A DNA stretch of 64,000 nucleotides from Macrostomum lignano. Taxonomy: Eukaryota. This document shows positions 1 through 13,017 of this stretch, in pieces. The stretch lies in contig NIVC01002661.1 in assembly GCA_002269645.1 (NCBI GenBank), positions 87,631-151,630 on the forward strand, given 5' to 3'. The notes under the pieces are model-generated. The model did no database searches, was not told where the DNA came from, and saw only the letters and a list, made by a program, of their open reading frames with translations. The position numbers and the translations under genes are program-made. The first letter of the stretch is position 1. Every line of letters starts with the position of its first letter.

Positions 1-252
1 TATACTGCAAATATTTTAAACCATATATTTCTCTTGAGCCGTAAATTTCTAAAATGCCGGAAAATTACAATTATTTTGTTAATTTAGTTCAATCATAATC
101 ATAATCTTGTTAAAGGATTCAGAAAAACTCAGTTTTTTTCGCCATCTTGGAACCTGAAAGCTCCTTAAAAATCATCAAGCTAATTGCGCTCCTGAAAAGA
201 TTTCGTAGTCATGGGATGCGCGATGCAATGAGTCACCCATCGGTCCATTCAG

Positions 253-544
253 GCGTTCAACCGATTCGAGCGAATTTGACGAGCCGTCGTTCGACCAGCG
301 GCGACAGTCGTGGGAGCGCATCGCAGCAACAAAGCCGCATTGTGCCGCCAGCGACCCGGAAGCGAGCAGCAGCGGAGCCAGGCGGTTCCTTGTCCGATTG
401 TCAGCCCTGGGCAGCCGGATCTACGAGACCATTCTCAGTCACTTCTGCTTCGTGTTTGCCGAATACGACGGGCATCGGCGGCCGAGCCACTACAGCAGCA
501 ACTATGGCGACGAGATCGATAGCGATTCGGTTGGAGAGAGTTGA
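253..544 (+). CDS. Possible terminal coding exon of an upstream gene (unknown product)
   Basis: GC-rich island after a ttcag acceptor (248-252). The frame not reported by the ORF track reads RSTDSSEFDEPSFDQRRQSWERIAA...RRFLVRL...IYETILSHFCFVFAEYD...GES* (TGA 542-544). No family recognised. Confidence 0.3.
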
Positions 545-1387
545 ATCAACCGCGGTTTCCTCAAGGACAACTTATTTAAGCCTTTGGGTAACTTCAAGTG
601 GTCCTTGCGACGGCTGTGCATAAGTCTCATAAGTTTTCTTGTAATCTATAGATTCGATCAGTAGAGAAATCTACATTTTGAGGTCAGATGCTTATAAATT
701 CCGCAGGCCCAATCGAACTGATCGCACATACTCGTATTCTGAAATTTTATTTGATTTTCACATCCGCATGTTACTAGTATAATTTATATTATATTGTATC
801 ATTCCACTCATCCTTACATAAATTTCAAAATTCAGTTTTTTTGCATGGCATATGTGACTCATGGTTCTTTTTAATGCATCGATTTCATATGCTCGTAGAT
901 TAAACGTATGTAAATAAACATGCAATTGATTTATACCTTGCATGCTCAAACCAAACAAGAATATGATAAAAAACGTCATGTCATCATCTTAAGCCAATAA
1001 AGATATGACAAAAATGGGGATATGACAGCTGAGGGGGGGCATGACCCCCTTTTGCCCCACCCCTGGATCCGCCATTATAGCATAGAACAACATGCTAGTT
1101 TGACAATGACACCTGCCGGATATTAATCTGAGTGTCCGTCAAAGAGAGAATCAGCTGTCAATGCGAGACAGTTTACTGCTGATCAATACCATTACAATCA
1201 GCAGTACACTGTAGATCGAGAAGAGCAGCAGAATTTTTGCTACTGCATTTTTTACAGAATTTCGCAGGTCCTACAGGCTACAGTGTAGTCCAGGCCAGAG
1301 AGTACATCCATGTATCAAGATCTGTATTATACTTTTACAACAAACGATGGATCTTTGACGACAGAGAGAATTCGCGGTAGTCAGATT

Positions 1388-1813
1388 GGGGTGCTTTCAG
1401 AAGGTCGAAATTTCACAACATCGAAACTTTAGCAAAGCTAGGACTTCATAAGGTCGAAATTTCACAAGGTCGAAATTTCACAACGTAGAAAACTCCAATA
1501 GCAGCCACTTTCACAAGGTCGGAATTTCACAAGATCGAAATTTCACAACACCGAAAACTCTAATCAGCTCGAAATTTCACAACGTCCAAAATTTAATATA
1601 ACAAGAACCATATACAGTAGTTTTCTACGTTGTGAAATTTCGACCTTGAAGTCTCTTGCTAAAGTTTTCGGTGTTGTGAAATTTCGATCTTGTGAAGTTT
1701 CGACCTTGTGAAAATTGCTGCAGCTGTTTAAGTTTTCTACGTTGTGAAATTTCGACCTTGTGAAAGAAGGTGCTTTCGACGTTGTGAAATTTCGAGTTTG
1801 TGAACCGGCCCCC
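1388..1813. mobile_element. Foldback/MITE-like element built from modular AAGGTCGAAATTTCAC(AAC) units in inverted arms
   Basis: Left arm 1388-1585 and right arm 1619-1813 are inverted. Termini are GGGG...CCCC. Flanks GTCAGATT (1380-1387) and GTCAGAAT (1814-1821) look like an 8-bp TSD with one mismatch. Confidence 0.65.
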
Positions 1814-3741
1814 GTCAGAATGGGCGAAAAGCAGATCTAAACGTCGCGATGCCAATTTATCATTGCGGTTTTCACAGCAGTATAAAATCTCAACTTTACT
1901 TCTTTACATCAGTGAAAAATTTGATTGTGTATAGTTTTTAGCCACCCTGGAGAAATTTATACTTTCAGAAACATTAAAATTGTGCTAATTCCACCTGCGG
2001 GACCTGATTCCAAACCCGAATAGACAGTATGGAGAAACTTCAAGGGAATTCTTGATTCACCTTTAAACTGTAGGCTGCGCTTATTTTTTTGTGGTACATT
2101 TACATATAAAGACTAAATGGGCTTATATGCAAACTGTGGTGCCTACTCAGAATTTCTGGATTCCGGTGTTAAATAGGTTGCAAATATTCCTTCATAGAAA
2201 TACAAAGAACTGAACAAGAAATTTTCATATTTTGGTGTAAAGCCGAAAAATACGCGCACTTCCCGGCTTGAAAACCAAAAGATACATGTATTAATATAGC
2301 TTTACCTGTAAAGTTGGCATTGAAAGCCCAACTAATATATTTTAATGCGCACTTATTTAACAAAAGTAAAAAGTAAGACTCATGAGAAACCAGCAAGAAT
2401 ATCTTAGACGTGTAACACATGTTTCAATGTGTTTTTACTTGAAAATTCGATCTAAAATCAATTCCCATCCATAAGGAAATGACTTCCCTATCCTAAAACC
2501 TTTGACTCCCTATATGGTGCCTTAGTGCCTAGTGGTTCTAAGTCATAGTTTGTTTGAAACAACCTAAAAATGAAACTTAAATTTGAAATTAGGCCTTTAA
2601 TACTATTAAAACCCCTATAAAACAAGATTATGATATTTTCAAACTATGACTATTTTATATCTATCTTAGACTTAAGTTCACAAAGTTCACAATAAGAATT
2701 CTTAGTCCTTATGGTCTATTTTTATATAGGAATTTTAAAATGTTAAGTATATAGTTTTATATACTAATTATAATTATAAAATAATTTTTGTAATATAGGC
2801 CTAATGCTATGTTAAAACCTAATGAACTGAAATTTAAAATAGAGGCCTAGCTAACCTTGTTATAGCTTAATAAAACTATAGTTAAATAACTAAAAAAATA
2901 GTTCTTTTTTATTTGTATGAAATAATCTATTGTTACAATCAACCCTCCTCTCTTAATAAAAAATCTTTAACCATAATTTAGTAACAAGAAAATAATAGAC
3001 TTTGGCATACAAATTTGGCATATCTTCTTTAATAAGAAATATAATATTTCATTATGATTAATTTATGTTTATAATATTTACATTATCATTATTTTGAAAT
3101 CTAGAATTAAAAATAGTAAATCATTCCTGTTATAAAATGACATCTGGCTTTAAATTTGAGTTATAGAGTAGAACAAATTCAAGTGAACAAAACAAACCCA
3201 AAGTTGCACTAGGAGCTGTTGGCACCCTGTCTGGTATATCAAGCATATGGATACTATATGTAGACATACACACAAGATTTATAGAGGCTTTGACTTTCTA
3301 ATTGTAGGCCTAATGTAGACACATATGCAACACAAGGGGCCCAGCCCAGCCAAGGTAAGTTGCAAAATGCTTCCCAAAAAACAGACATGGTACTAACTAG
3401 ATGACAAAGCATTTGGCATTAATAATATGGTCATAGTTAGGCCTACTCCAGCCATTTACCCAAAAGTACATTTATTTTGCCTGCATTTTTTTATAGGTAA
3501 GTCAAATTTTTTGTCAAAAAGTAAGTCACATGGCTGGTGTAAATCGGGGGGGGGGGTTGCACATGTATGCTCAGGCTATGCAGAGTCAAACCAGGGGGTC
3601 AATGGGTCGTGGTCTTAGAGTCAGATGCATTCACCATTGAGCTGCTCCAAACACTTGGCTCACCTTACAGCACAATCCACTGCGCTGGCATCCATTCTCT
3701 AATCTGCAAGAAATTAAAGCAAAATGGATCATTTAAAAAAC

Positions 3742-6700
3742 ATGCGGAGCCTCATCACCCGACCTCGCATTGCCATGCTGGCCAGTGCAGCTATCGCCTA
3801 CTTAGCAACAGCCTCCATCTGCCTGGCCCTCCTGCTGGCCCTGGCTGGCTACGCTGCTGCAGGCGGCTGGCGGTTCCTTCGCGTGGCTGCTCTGACCGCG
3901 CCACGTGATGCCCGCGGCCTCGTTGTACTACTCCGCACCCGCTGGATGCTGCGCCAAATGATAGCGCGCCGGCGTGGCATCGCCCAGCTGTTTGGCGCCA
4001 CTGCGGCTGCAAACAGCCATCGGGTTTGCTTCCTGTATGAGGATCAGAGCTGGACATTTCGGCAGGTGGACGAGTACTCGAATAGGGTGAGCTGCCTTAC
4101 CTGTCAATTGATTTGTATCAGTCAGTTTAAATATTGTTCCTACCGTGAGTGTAAGAATCCCATTTTAATCGCCTTAAAATTCGGCCGAAATTATTGCCTT
4201 AAAGTCCTTAAAATTTGGCTCAATCACCCCGATAATTGCTATCTACAATTGCCTCGGTAATTACCCTAGAGAGTCGCCCTGATAATCGCTTTAGAGATTC
4301 GCCCTGATAATCGCCCTAGAGAATCGCCCTGATAATCGTCATAAACAGTCGCTCTAGTTTTTCGCTCTGATAATCGCCCTGATAATCCTCATAAACAGTC
4401 GCTCTAGTTTTTCGCTCTGATAATCGCCCTGATAATCGTCATAAACAGTCGCTCTAGATTTTCGCTCTGATAATCGCCCTAGAGAGTCGCTTTGATAATC
4501 GCCTTAAAGAGTCGCTTTGATAATCGCCTTAAAGAGTCGCTCTGAGAATCGCCATAGAAAATCGCCCTGAGAATCGCCATAGAGATTCGCCATGAGAATC
4601 ACCACAGAGAATTGCCATAGAGAATCACCATAGAGAATCGCCATAGAGAATCACCATAGAGAATCGCCATAGAGAATCGCCATAGAGAATCACCATAGAG
4701 AATCGCCATAGAGAATCACCATAGAGAATCGCCATAGAGAATCGCCATAGAGAATCGCCATAGAGAATCACCATAGAAAATCGCCAAAGAGAATCGCCAT
4801 AGAGAATCACCATAGAGATTTGCCATAGAGAATCACCATAGAGAATCGCCATAGAGAATCGCCATAGAGATTCACCATAGAGAATCGCCATAGAAAATCG
4901 CCATAGAGATTCGCCCTTCGAATCACCATAGAGAATCGCCATAGAGAATCACCATAGAGAATCGCCATAGAGATTTGCCATAGAGAATCACCATAGAGAT
5001 TCACCATAGAGAATCGCCATAAAAAATCGCCCTGAGAATCGCCATAGAGATTCGCCATAGAGAATCACCATAGAGAATCGCCATAGAGATTTGCCATAGA
5101 GAATCACCATAGAGATTCACCATAGAGATTCACCATAGAGAATCACCATAGAGAATCACCATAGAGATTCGCCCTTCGAATCACCATAGAGAATCGCCAT
5201 AGAGAATCACCATAGAGAATCGCCATAGAGAATCACCATAGAGAATCGCGATAGAGAATCACCATAGAGATTCACCATAGAGAATCGCCATAGAAAATCG
5301 CCCTGAGAATCGCCATAGAGATTCGCCATAGAGAATCACCATAGAGAATCGCCATAGAGATTTGCCATAGAGATTTGCCATAGAGAATCACCATAGAGAA
5401 TCACCATAGAGATTCGCCCTTCGAATCACCATAGAGAATCGCCATAGAGAATCACCATAGAGATTCGCCATAGAGAATCGCCATAGAGATTGCCATAGAG
5501 AATCACCATAGAGAATCACCATAGAGAATCGCCATAGAGAATCACCATAGAGATTCACCATAGAGAATCGCCATAGAAAATCGCCCTGAGAATCGCCATA
5601 GGGATTCGCCATAGAGAATCACCATAGAGAATCGCCATAGAGATTTGCCATAGAGATTTGCCATAGAGAATCACCATAGAGATTCACCATAGAGAATCAC
5701 CATAGAGAATCACCATAGAGATTCGCCCTTCGAATCACCATAGAGAATCGCCATAGAAAATCGCCCTGAGAATCGCCATAGAGATTCGCCCTTCGAATCA
5801 CCATAGAGAATCACCATAGAGAATCGCCATAGAGAATCACCATAGAGATTCACCATAGAGAATCGCCATAGAAAATCGCCCTGAGAATCGCCATAGAGAA
5901 TCACCATAGAGAATCGCCATAGAGATTTGCCATAGAGATTTGCCATAGAGAATCACCATAGGGATTCACCATAGAGATTCACCATAGAGAATCACCATAG
6001 AGAATCGCCCTAAACAATTGCGCAGGTGGCCAACCTTCTAATGGAATCCGGCCACCGTCCCGGCCAAGTGGTGGCCATCCTGGCCGAGTCGCGGCCCCAG
6101 TTCGCCTGCCTGTGGCTGGGTGCAGCTAAAGCCGGGGTAGTCAGCGCCCTGATCAACTTCAATCTGCGCGCCCAGTCTCTGCTGCACTGCCTGCACGCTG
6201 CCGACGCGACCAGCCTGATATTCGGCGCTGAGCTGGCGTCCGCGGTGCTGGAGGTGGCGCCAAGCCTGCCAGCGGGCCTGAGGCTCTACTGCCTGGGCGG
6301 TGGCAACGGGGGCCTGTCCAATGCGGCCGATTTGGATGCCAACCTGCTGCGCGCGTCCACTCTGCAACCGGCCTATCCGGTTAAACAGGGGCCCAATGCT
6401 AAGGATCGACTGTTCTATATCTACACCTCGGGTTTGTGGCTTGGTGTTGCTGTCCTTGTTTACTTTGTTAATCATTTAGAACAGCTGTTTACCTGGGATC
6501 ACCGGTATTTTATGATTGAGAACAGCTGTTTACCTGGGATCGCCGGTATTTTATGATTAAGAACAGCTGTTTACCTGGGATCGCCGGTATTTTATGATTA
6601 AGAACAGCTGTTTACCTGGGATCTCCGATTGTTTATGATTGAGAACAGGTGTTTACCTGGGATCAGCGGTATTTTATGATTGAGAACAGCTGTTTACCTG

Positions 6701-9700
6701 GGATCTCCGATTGTTTATGATTGAGAACAGGTGTTTACCTGGAATCACCGGTATTTTATGATTGAGAACAGCTGTTTACCTGGGATCTCCGATTGTTTAT
6801 GATTAACAACAGCTGTTTACCTGGAATCACCGGTATTTTATGATTGAGAACAGCTGTTTACCTGGGATCGCCGGTATTTTATGATTGAGAACAGCTGTTT
6901 ACCTGGAATCACCGGTATTTTATGATTGAGAACAGCTGTTTACCTGGGATCTCCGATTGTTTATGATTGAGAACAGGTGTTTACCTAGAATCACCGGTAT
7001 TTTATGATTGAGAACAGCTGTTTACCTGGGATCACCGGTATTTTATGATTAGGAACAGCTGTTTACCTGGAATCACCGGTATTTTATGATTAAGAACAGG
7101 TGTTTACCTGAGATCACCGGTATTTTATGATTAAGTACAGCTGTTTACCTGGGATCACCGGTATTTTATGATTAAGAACAGCTGTTTACCTGGGATCTCC
7201 GATTGTTTATGATTGAGAACAGGTGTTTACCTGGAATCACCGGTATTTTATGATTGAGAACAGCTGTTTACCTGGGATCACCGGTATTTTATTATTAAGA
7301 ATAGCTGTTTACCTGGGATCACCGGTATTTTATGATTGAGAACAGGTATTTACCTTGGATGACCAGTTGTTTATAATTGAGAACAGGTGTTTATCTGGGA
7401 TCACCGGAATTTTATGATCGAGAACAGGTATTTACATTGGATGACCAGTTGTTTATGATTGAGAACAGCTGTTTACCTGGAATCACCGGTATTTTATGAT
7501 TAAGAACAGGTGTTTACCTGAGATCACCGGTATTTTATGATTGAGAACAGGTGTTTACCTGGGATCACCGGTATTTTATGATTGAGAACAGCTGTTTACC
7601 TGGGATCTCCGATTGTTTATGATTGAGAACAGGTGTTTACCTGGAATCACCGGTATTTTATGATTGAGAACAGCTGTTTACCTGGGATCACCGGTATTTT
7701 ATTATTAAGAATAGCTGTTTACCTGGGATCACCGGTATTTTATGATCGAGAACAGGTATTTACATTGGATGACCAGTTGTTTATGATTGAGAACAGATGT
7801 TTACCTGGGATCACCGGAATTTTATGTTTTAGAACAGGTGTTTACCTGGCATCACGAGTATTTTATGATTAACAACAGGTGTTTACCTTGAATCACCGGT
7901 AGTTTTTTATTTAGAACAGGTGTTTACCTGGGATCACCGGTATCGTATGATTGAGTACAGGTGTCTACCGCGTGGGAGCACCGGTATTTTATGATTGAGA
8001 ACAGGTACTTACCTGGGAGCACCGGTATACATGACTGATATCATATATTTGTAATTTTTGATGCTTTATATTTTCTTAAAAATTCTATTACTCTATATTT
8101 AGGCACCACCGGCATGCCAAAGGCGGCGGTGATATCGCACCTCAGATTCGCCATGATGTCCAACACAATCGGCTTGTTCTTCGGCTTGGGCCTGGGCGAC
8201 ATTCTGTACGACTGTCTGCCACTGTACCACACTGCTGGCGGCATTCTGGGCATCGGACAGGTGAGTCGCAGGGCTTTTTCATTACTCAGGTCCTGTCGCT
8301 ATTTCTGATCCCATTCCCTAAATTCTGATCCCATTCTGCGATTCCGATCCCATTCCCAAGTTCTGATCCCATTTCCGAATTCTGATCCCATTCCTAAATC
8401 CTGATCCCATTCCTTGAATTCTGATCCCATTCCTTGAATTCTGATCCCATTCCCTGAATTCTGACCCCATTCCCGAATTCTGATCCCATCCCGAATTCTG
8501 ACCCCATTCCCGAATTCTGACCCCATTCCCGAATTCTGATCCCACTCCCAAATCCCATCCTAAGTTGGAATCCCACCCGCCTCCCAGGCGTTCCTCCGCG
8601 GCGTGACGGTGGTGATCAAACGGAAATTCTCAGCCTCGGCCTTCTGGGACGACTGCGCCCGCTACCAGTGCACGGCGGCGCAGTACATCGGCGAGATCTG
8701 CCGCTACTTGCTGGCCCAGCCTGCCAAGCAGTCGGACAGGCGGCACCGGGTTCGCGTCATGTTCGGCAACGGGCTCCGGCCGCAAATCTGGCGCGAATTT
8801 CAGCAGCGATTCGGCGTCGATAAAATGGGCGAATTCTACGGCGCCACGGAGTCCAACTGCAACATGGTGAACATTGACAACACGGTTGGCGCTGTGGGAT
8901 TCCTCAGCCAGATCGCGCCCAGCGTCTACCCGCTCCGGCTGGTCCGGGTCGATCCCGACACTGGCGAGCCGCTCAGGAACCCGCGGATCAGCTGTGCGTG
9001 CCTGCTGGTCCCGGCGAGCCCGGCGAACTCATCGGCAGTGTCGTGCCCGGCGACGCAATCCGCGGCATCGATGGCTACGTGTGCAAGCAGGCCACGGAGA
9101 AGAAGATGCTGAGAAATGTGCTGCGCCACGGCGATTGCTATTTCTCTACTGGGGACGTGCTGGTCATGGACGAGCTGGGCTATATGTACTTTAGGGACAG
9201 GACTGGGGATACGTTCCGGTGGAAGGGCGAGAATGTGTCCACCTCTGAGGCGAGTTGCCGCTTTGCTTACTGCTTCAGTAGGGGGCGGATTGATACAGAC
9301 AGTCTAGAGTGAGATGAGATTAAGAGGCTAGAGTGAGATTAAGAGGCTGGAGTGAGATGAGATTAAGAGTCTAGAGTGAGATTAAGCGGCTAAAGTGAGA
9401 TTAAGAGGCTGGAGTGAGATTATGAAGCTAGAGTGGGATTAAGAGGCTGGAGTGAGGTAAGAGGCTGGAGTGAGATTATGATGATAGAGTGAAATGAAAA
9501 AAGAGGCTAGAGTGAGATTAAGAGGCTAGTGTGAGATTAAGAGGCTAGTGTGAGATGAGAATAAGTCTGGAGTGAGATAAGATTACGAGGCCAGATTGAA
9601 ATGAGAATAAGTCTGGAGTGAGATAAGATTAAGAGGCTAGATTGAGATGAGATTAAGAGGCTGGATTAAGGTAAGATTAGGAGGCTAGAGTGAGATGAGA

Positions 9701-10391
9701 TAAGGAGTCTAGAGTGAGATTGAGAGGCTAGAGTGAGATGAGATTAATAGGCTAGAGTGAGATGAAATTAAGAGGCTAGAGCGAGATGAGATTAAGAGGC
9801 TAGAGCGAGATGAGATTAAGAGGCTGGATTGAGATGAGATTAAGAGGCTGGATTGAGATGAGATTAAGAGGCTAGATTGAGATGAGATTAAGAGGCTAGA
9901 TTGAGATGAGATTAAGAGGCTAGAGTGAGATGAGACTAAGAGGCTGGAGTGAAGATCCTCACCATTTCTCCCTAATCCTGACCTCCTGTTCCCGCATGTG
10001 CCCCCCCCCCCAGGTGGAGGCCTGCCTGTCCAACGTACTCTCGCTGGCCGACTGCGCTGTCTATGGCGTCGAGGTGCCCGGCAACGAGGGCCGCGCCGGC
10101 ATGGCGGCTGTGGCCGATCCCGAGGGCCGCGGTGTTGAAGTGGCCCGGCTGGCCCAGCACCTGCCCCGTCTGCTGCCAGCCTACGCCAGGCCGCTGTTCC
10201 TTCGAATTGTCCGCCACATCGAGGCCACCGGCACCTTCAAGATGAAGAAGACCGAGCTGCGCAAGGACGGCTTCGATCCCGACAGGTGCTGCGGAGATCC
10301 CCTCTACTACCTGTGCTGCCGGTCTGGGCAGTACCTGGCCCTGGATGGGCCTGCATTTGCCGCCATCGCTAGGGGAGAAATCCGATTCTAG
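3742..10391 (+). CDS. SLC27A: Long-chain fatty acid transport protein / very-long-chain acyl-CoA synthetase (FATP, SLC27A1/4-like), 5 coding exons
   Basis: Exons 3742-4086, 6026-6431, 8103-8260, 8588-9249, 10014-10391. AMP-binding motif YIYTSG|TTGMPK is split by intron 2. Also present: [39 protein letters not shown]|[15 protein letters not shown]. An apparent 1-nt frameshift near 8990 and a GC-AG intron 4. Confidence 0.93.
4262..6010. repeat. 13-bp minisatellite (GAGAATCGCCATA and variants) filling FATP intron 1
   Basis: More than 100 tandem units. Grades from CTGATAATCGCCC-type units (4262-4560) to GAGAATC(G/A)CCATA, with recurrent rare variants suggesting higher-order repeats. Confidence 0.95.
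6478..8030. repeat. ~41-bp minisatellite (GAGAACAGCTGTTTACCTGGGATCACCGGTATTTTATGATT) in FATP intron 2
   Basis: About 37 tandem degenerate units visible directly. Confidence 0.95.
8303..8545. repeat. 19-bp minisatellite (TTCTGATCCCATTCCCGAA) in FATP intron 3
   Basis: About 12 tandem units. Confidence 0.9.
9303..9950. repeat. 21-26-bp purine-rich minisatellite (GAGATTAAGAGGCTAGAGTGA[GAT]) in FATP intron 4
   Basis: Tandem degenerate units visible directly. Confidence 0.9.
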
Positions 10392-10394
10392 GCG

Positions 10395-11170
10395 CCTGTC
10401 ACTCCGAGTGGGGACTGGTGGGCCTGTCACTCCGACTGGGGATGTTCTGTCACTCTGATTGAGGACTGTCTGTCACTCTGATTGAGGACTGTCTGTCACT
10501 CTGATTGAGGACTGTCTGTCACTCTGATTGAGGACTGTCTGTCACTCTGATTAAGGACTGTCTGTCACACTTTAATTGAGGACTGACTGTCACACTTACT
10601 GAGGATTGTCTGTCACACTTACTAAGGATTGTCTGTAACTCTTTGGGATTGCCTGTCGCTCTTGTTGGGGATTGCCTGTCACTATTGTTGGGGACTGTCT
10701 ATCACTCTTGTTGGGGACTGTCTGTCACTCTTATCGGGGATTGCCTGTCACTCTTGTTGGAGACTGTCTATAACTCTTGTTGGGGACTGTCTGTCACTCT
10801 TATCGGGGATTGTCTATCACTCTTGTTGGGGATTGCCTGTCACTCTTGTTAGGGATTGCCTGTCACTCTTGTTGGGGAATAGGGGATTGCCTGTCACTCT
10901 TGTTGGGGAATAGGGGATTGCCTGTCACTCTTGTTGGGGAATAGGGGATTGCCTGTCACTCTTGTTGGAGATTGCCTGTCACTATTGTTGGGGACTGTCT
11001 ATCACTCTTATCGGGGATTGCCTGTCACTCTTGTTGGAGATTGCCTGTCACTCTTGTTGGGGACTGTCTGTCACTCTTATCGGGGATTGTCTGTCACTCT
11101 TGTTGGAGATTGCCTGTCACTCTTGTTGGGGACTGTCTGTCACTCTTATCGGGGATTGTCTGTCACTCCT
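10395..11170. repeat. 23-bp minisatellite (CTGTCACTCTTGTTGGGGA(C/T)TG(T/C)) immediately 3' of the FATP stop
   Basis: About 33 tandem units beginning a few bases after TAG 10389-10391. Confidence 0.9.
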
Positions 11171-12019
11171 ACTGGTTAATCAAAGAGCTAATTGCAGGTG
11201 TCTGGCACTGAGCCAGCCGCCGTGACGATCACATAAGTTTTCCTGCACAGTCTGTGAACAAATTTGTCTCATTAATAGAAGTTTCTATTTAGTTCAGGCG
11301 TTTCGCCCTCACTCTGTATCCCAGTGTGTGTCCCTCTTAATTATTTACTATGACGCCAAGTAGTTCCAATTCTCTCTAATCCTCTTAAATGGTTTTATTA
11401 CTTGACTTATTTGCTTCATTTTTTATTTAAAATGCAGTTTAGTTTAAACTTTTTTCAGTTAGCCACTGTCTTTCATTGTGTTAGAATCCCTGTAGCTGAC
11501 CTACTATGTTCACTGAGTAATTCGATCATTAGTACAGGCAAATATGAGAATATTTATCAATTGACCATGTGCCTACAGTTTCCTTATGATTGGCCTTTTT
11601 TAATTTGTTATCATATTGTAGTAGCCTTTGATTTTTTTAATTTTCTGTTATTGGCGTCACTGTTTTTCTAGCTTTTTTGTTTGTTAATAACAAGATTACC
11701 TTGCGCAGCTGCAGACCATTCCTTCGCATTATTTAGCATGGAATATATAAATATAGCCGTGAGCTGTTGCGTCTGAACAACTGACTGACTTTATAATCAG
11801 TTTCATTTCTGCTTATTGTTTTGTGTAATTTCCTGTCAGTTAAAATATGTTTTCAAAATTATATTAACAAAACTGTTGGGTAGGAATACAAATTGCTTTG
11901 ACTGAAATTAATACTTCAACAATGGTTTGTCACGATTTCGCTTTGATAAACTGTTTGCTGGCAATTTGGCTTTCAAGTTCTTTTTTAGGACTGGCAACGG
12001 GGTCTATTTGATGTTTCCA

Positions 12020-12431
12020 TGTCTGTCTGTCTGTCTCTTTGTGTCTGTCTGTCTGTTTGTCTGTCTCTTGGTGTCTGTCTGTCTTTCTGTCTGTCTGTCT
12101 GTCTATCTGTCTGTCTGTCTCTTTGTGTCTGTCTGTCTGTCTGCCTGCCTGTCTGCCTATCTGTCTGTCTGTCTCTTTGTGTCTGCCTGCCTGTCTGCCT
12201 ATCTGTCTGTCTGTCTCTTTGTGTCTGCCTGCCTGCCTGCCTGTCTGTCTGTCTGTCTGTCTGTCTGCCTGCCTGTCTGCCTATCTGTCTGTCTGTCTCT
12301 TTGTGTCTGCCTGCCTGTCTGCCTATCTGTCTGTCTGTCTCTTTGTGTCTGCCTGCCTGCCTGCCTGTCTGTCTGTCTGTCTGCCTGTCTGTCTGTCTGT
12401 CTCTTTGTGTCTGTCTGTCTGTCTGCCTGCC

Positions 12432-12462
<31 letters not shown>

Positions 12463-12567
12463 TTGTGTCTACCTGTCTGTCTATCTGTCTCTTTGTGTCT
12501 GCCTGTCTGTCTGTCTGTCTCTTTGTGTCTGCCTGCCTGCCTGTCTGTCTGTCTGTCTGCCTGTCTA

Positions 12568-12604
<37 letters not shown>

Positions 12605-12682
12605 TTGTGTCTGCCTGTCTGTCTGTCTGTCTGTCTCTTTGTGTCTGTCTGTCTGCCTGTGTGTCTGTCTGTCTGTCTCTCT
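12020..12682. repeat. Compound (CTGT)n/(CTGC)n microsatellite
   Basis: Source of the spurious VCLS/TDRQ ORFs. Confidence 0.97.
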
Positions 12683-13017
12683 GTACTGTACTGCAGTTTA
12701 TTATCCGGTCCATATCGCTTTGAACTTCACTGCTTGGATGAGCCAGGCGTACCGCGGCCCAGCTCGCGAGCATTTAAATTACGAGCGTATTTCGAATCGA
12801 ATATTTAACTCAAATACTTCAGTTTTAAAGTTTCAGCATTTCAAGAAGTCAAGTAAGGAAGGTCTAATTATAAAAATTACAATAAAATTGCATACGGTAC
12901 GTGCATTCCAATTAGTATGTGCACTAGAAAAGTACATTTACAGTCTGGCTGTAAATGTACCGTCAGCCAGCAAGTACACGTGATGACAAATAAGCACCGG
13001 CCAAACCAGCTCTGAGC

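Noticed and set aside
147-623. 158-aa ORF from the track
   Set aside because: Begins in AT-rich sequence with a non-ATG start and has no recognisable motifs. Another frame fits the splice signals better.
1029-1075. GGGGGGGCATGACCCCC...CCCCTGGATCCGCC MITE-like end (similar isolated ends near 15205 and 23712)
   Set aside because: Only one terminus is visible, with no partner TIR or TSD to support boundaries.
4625-5946. Repetitive [13 protein letters not shown] ORFs
   Set aside because: Antisense translations of the 13-bp intronic minisatellite.
6478-8030. CRISPR-like appearance of 29-41-bp repeats (also 14140-14660, 19562-20045, 37355-37499)
   Set aside because: Head-to-tail units with no unique spacers, no cas genes, and a eukaryotic intron context.
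11927-12983. Long VCLS/TDRQ-repeat ORFs of 234-314 aa
   Set aside because: Translations of a stop-free (CTGT)n microsatellite.
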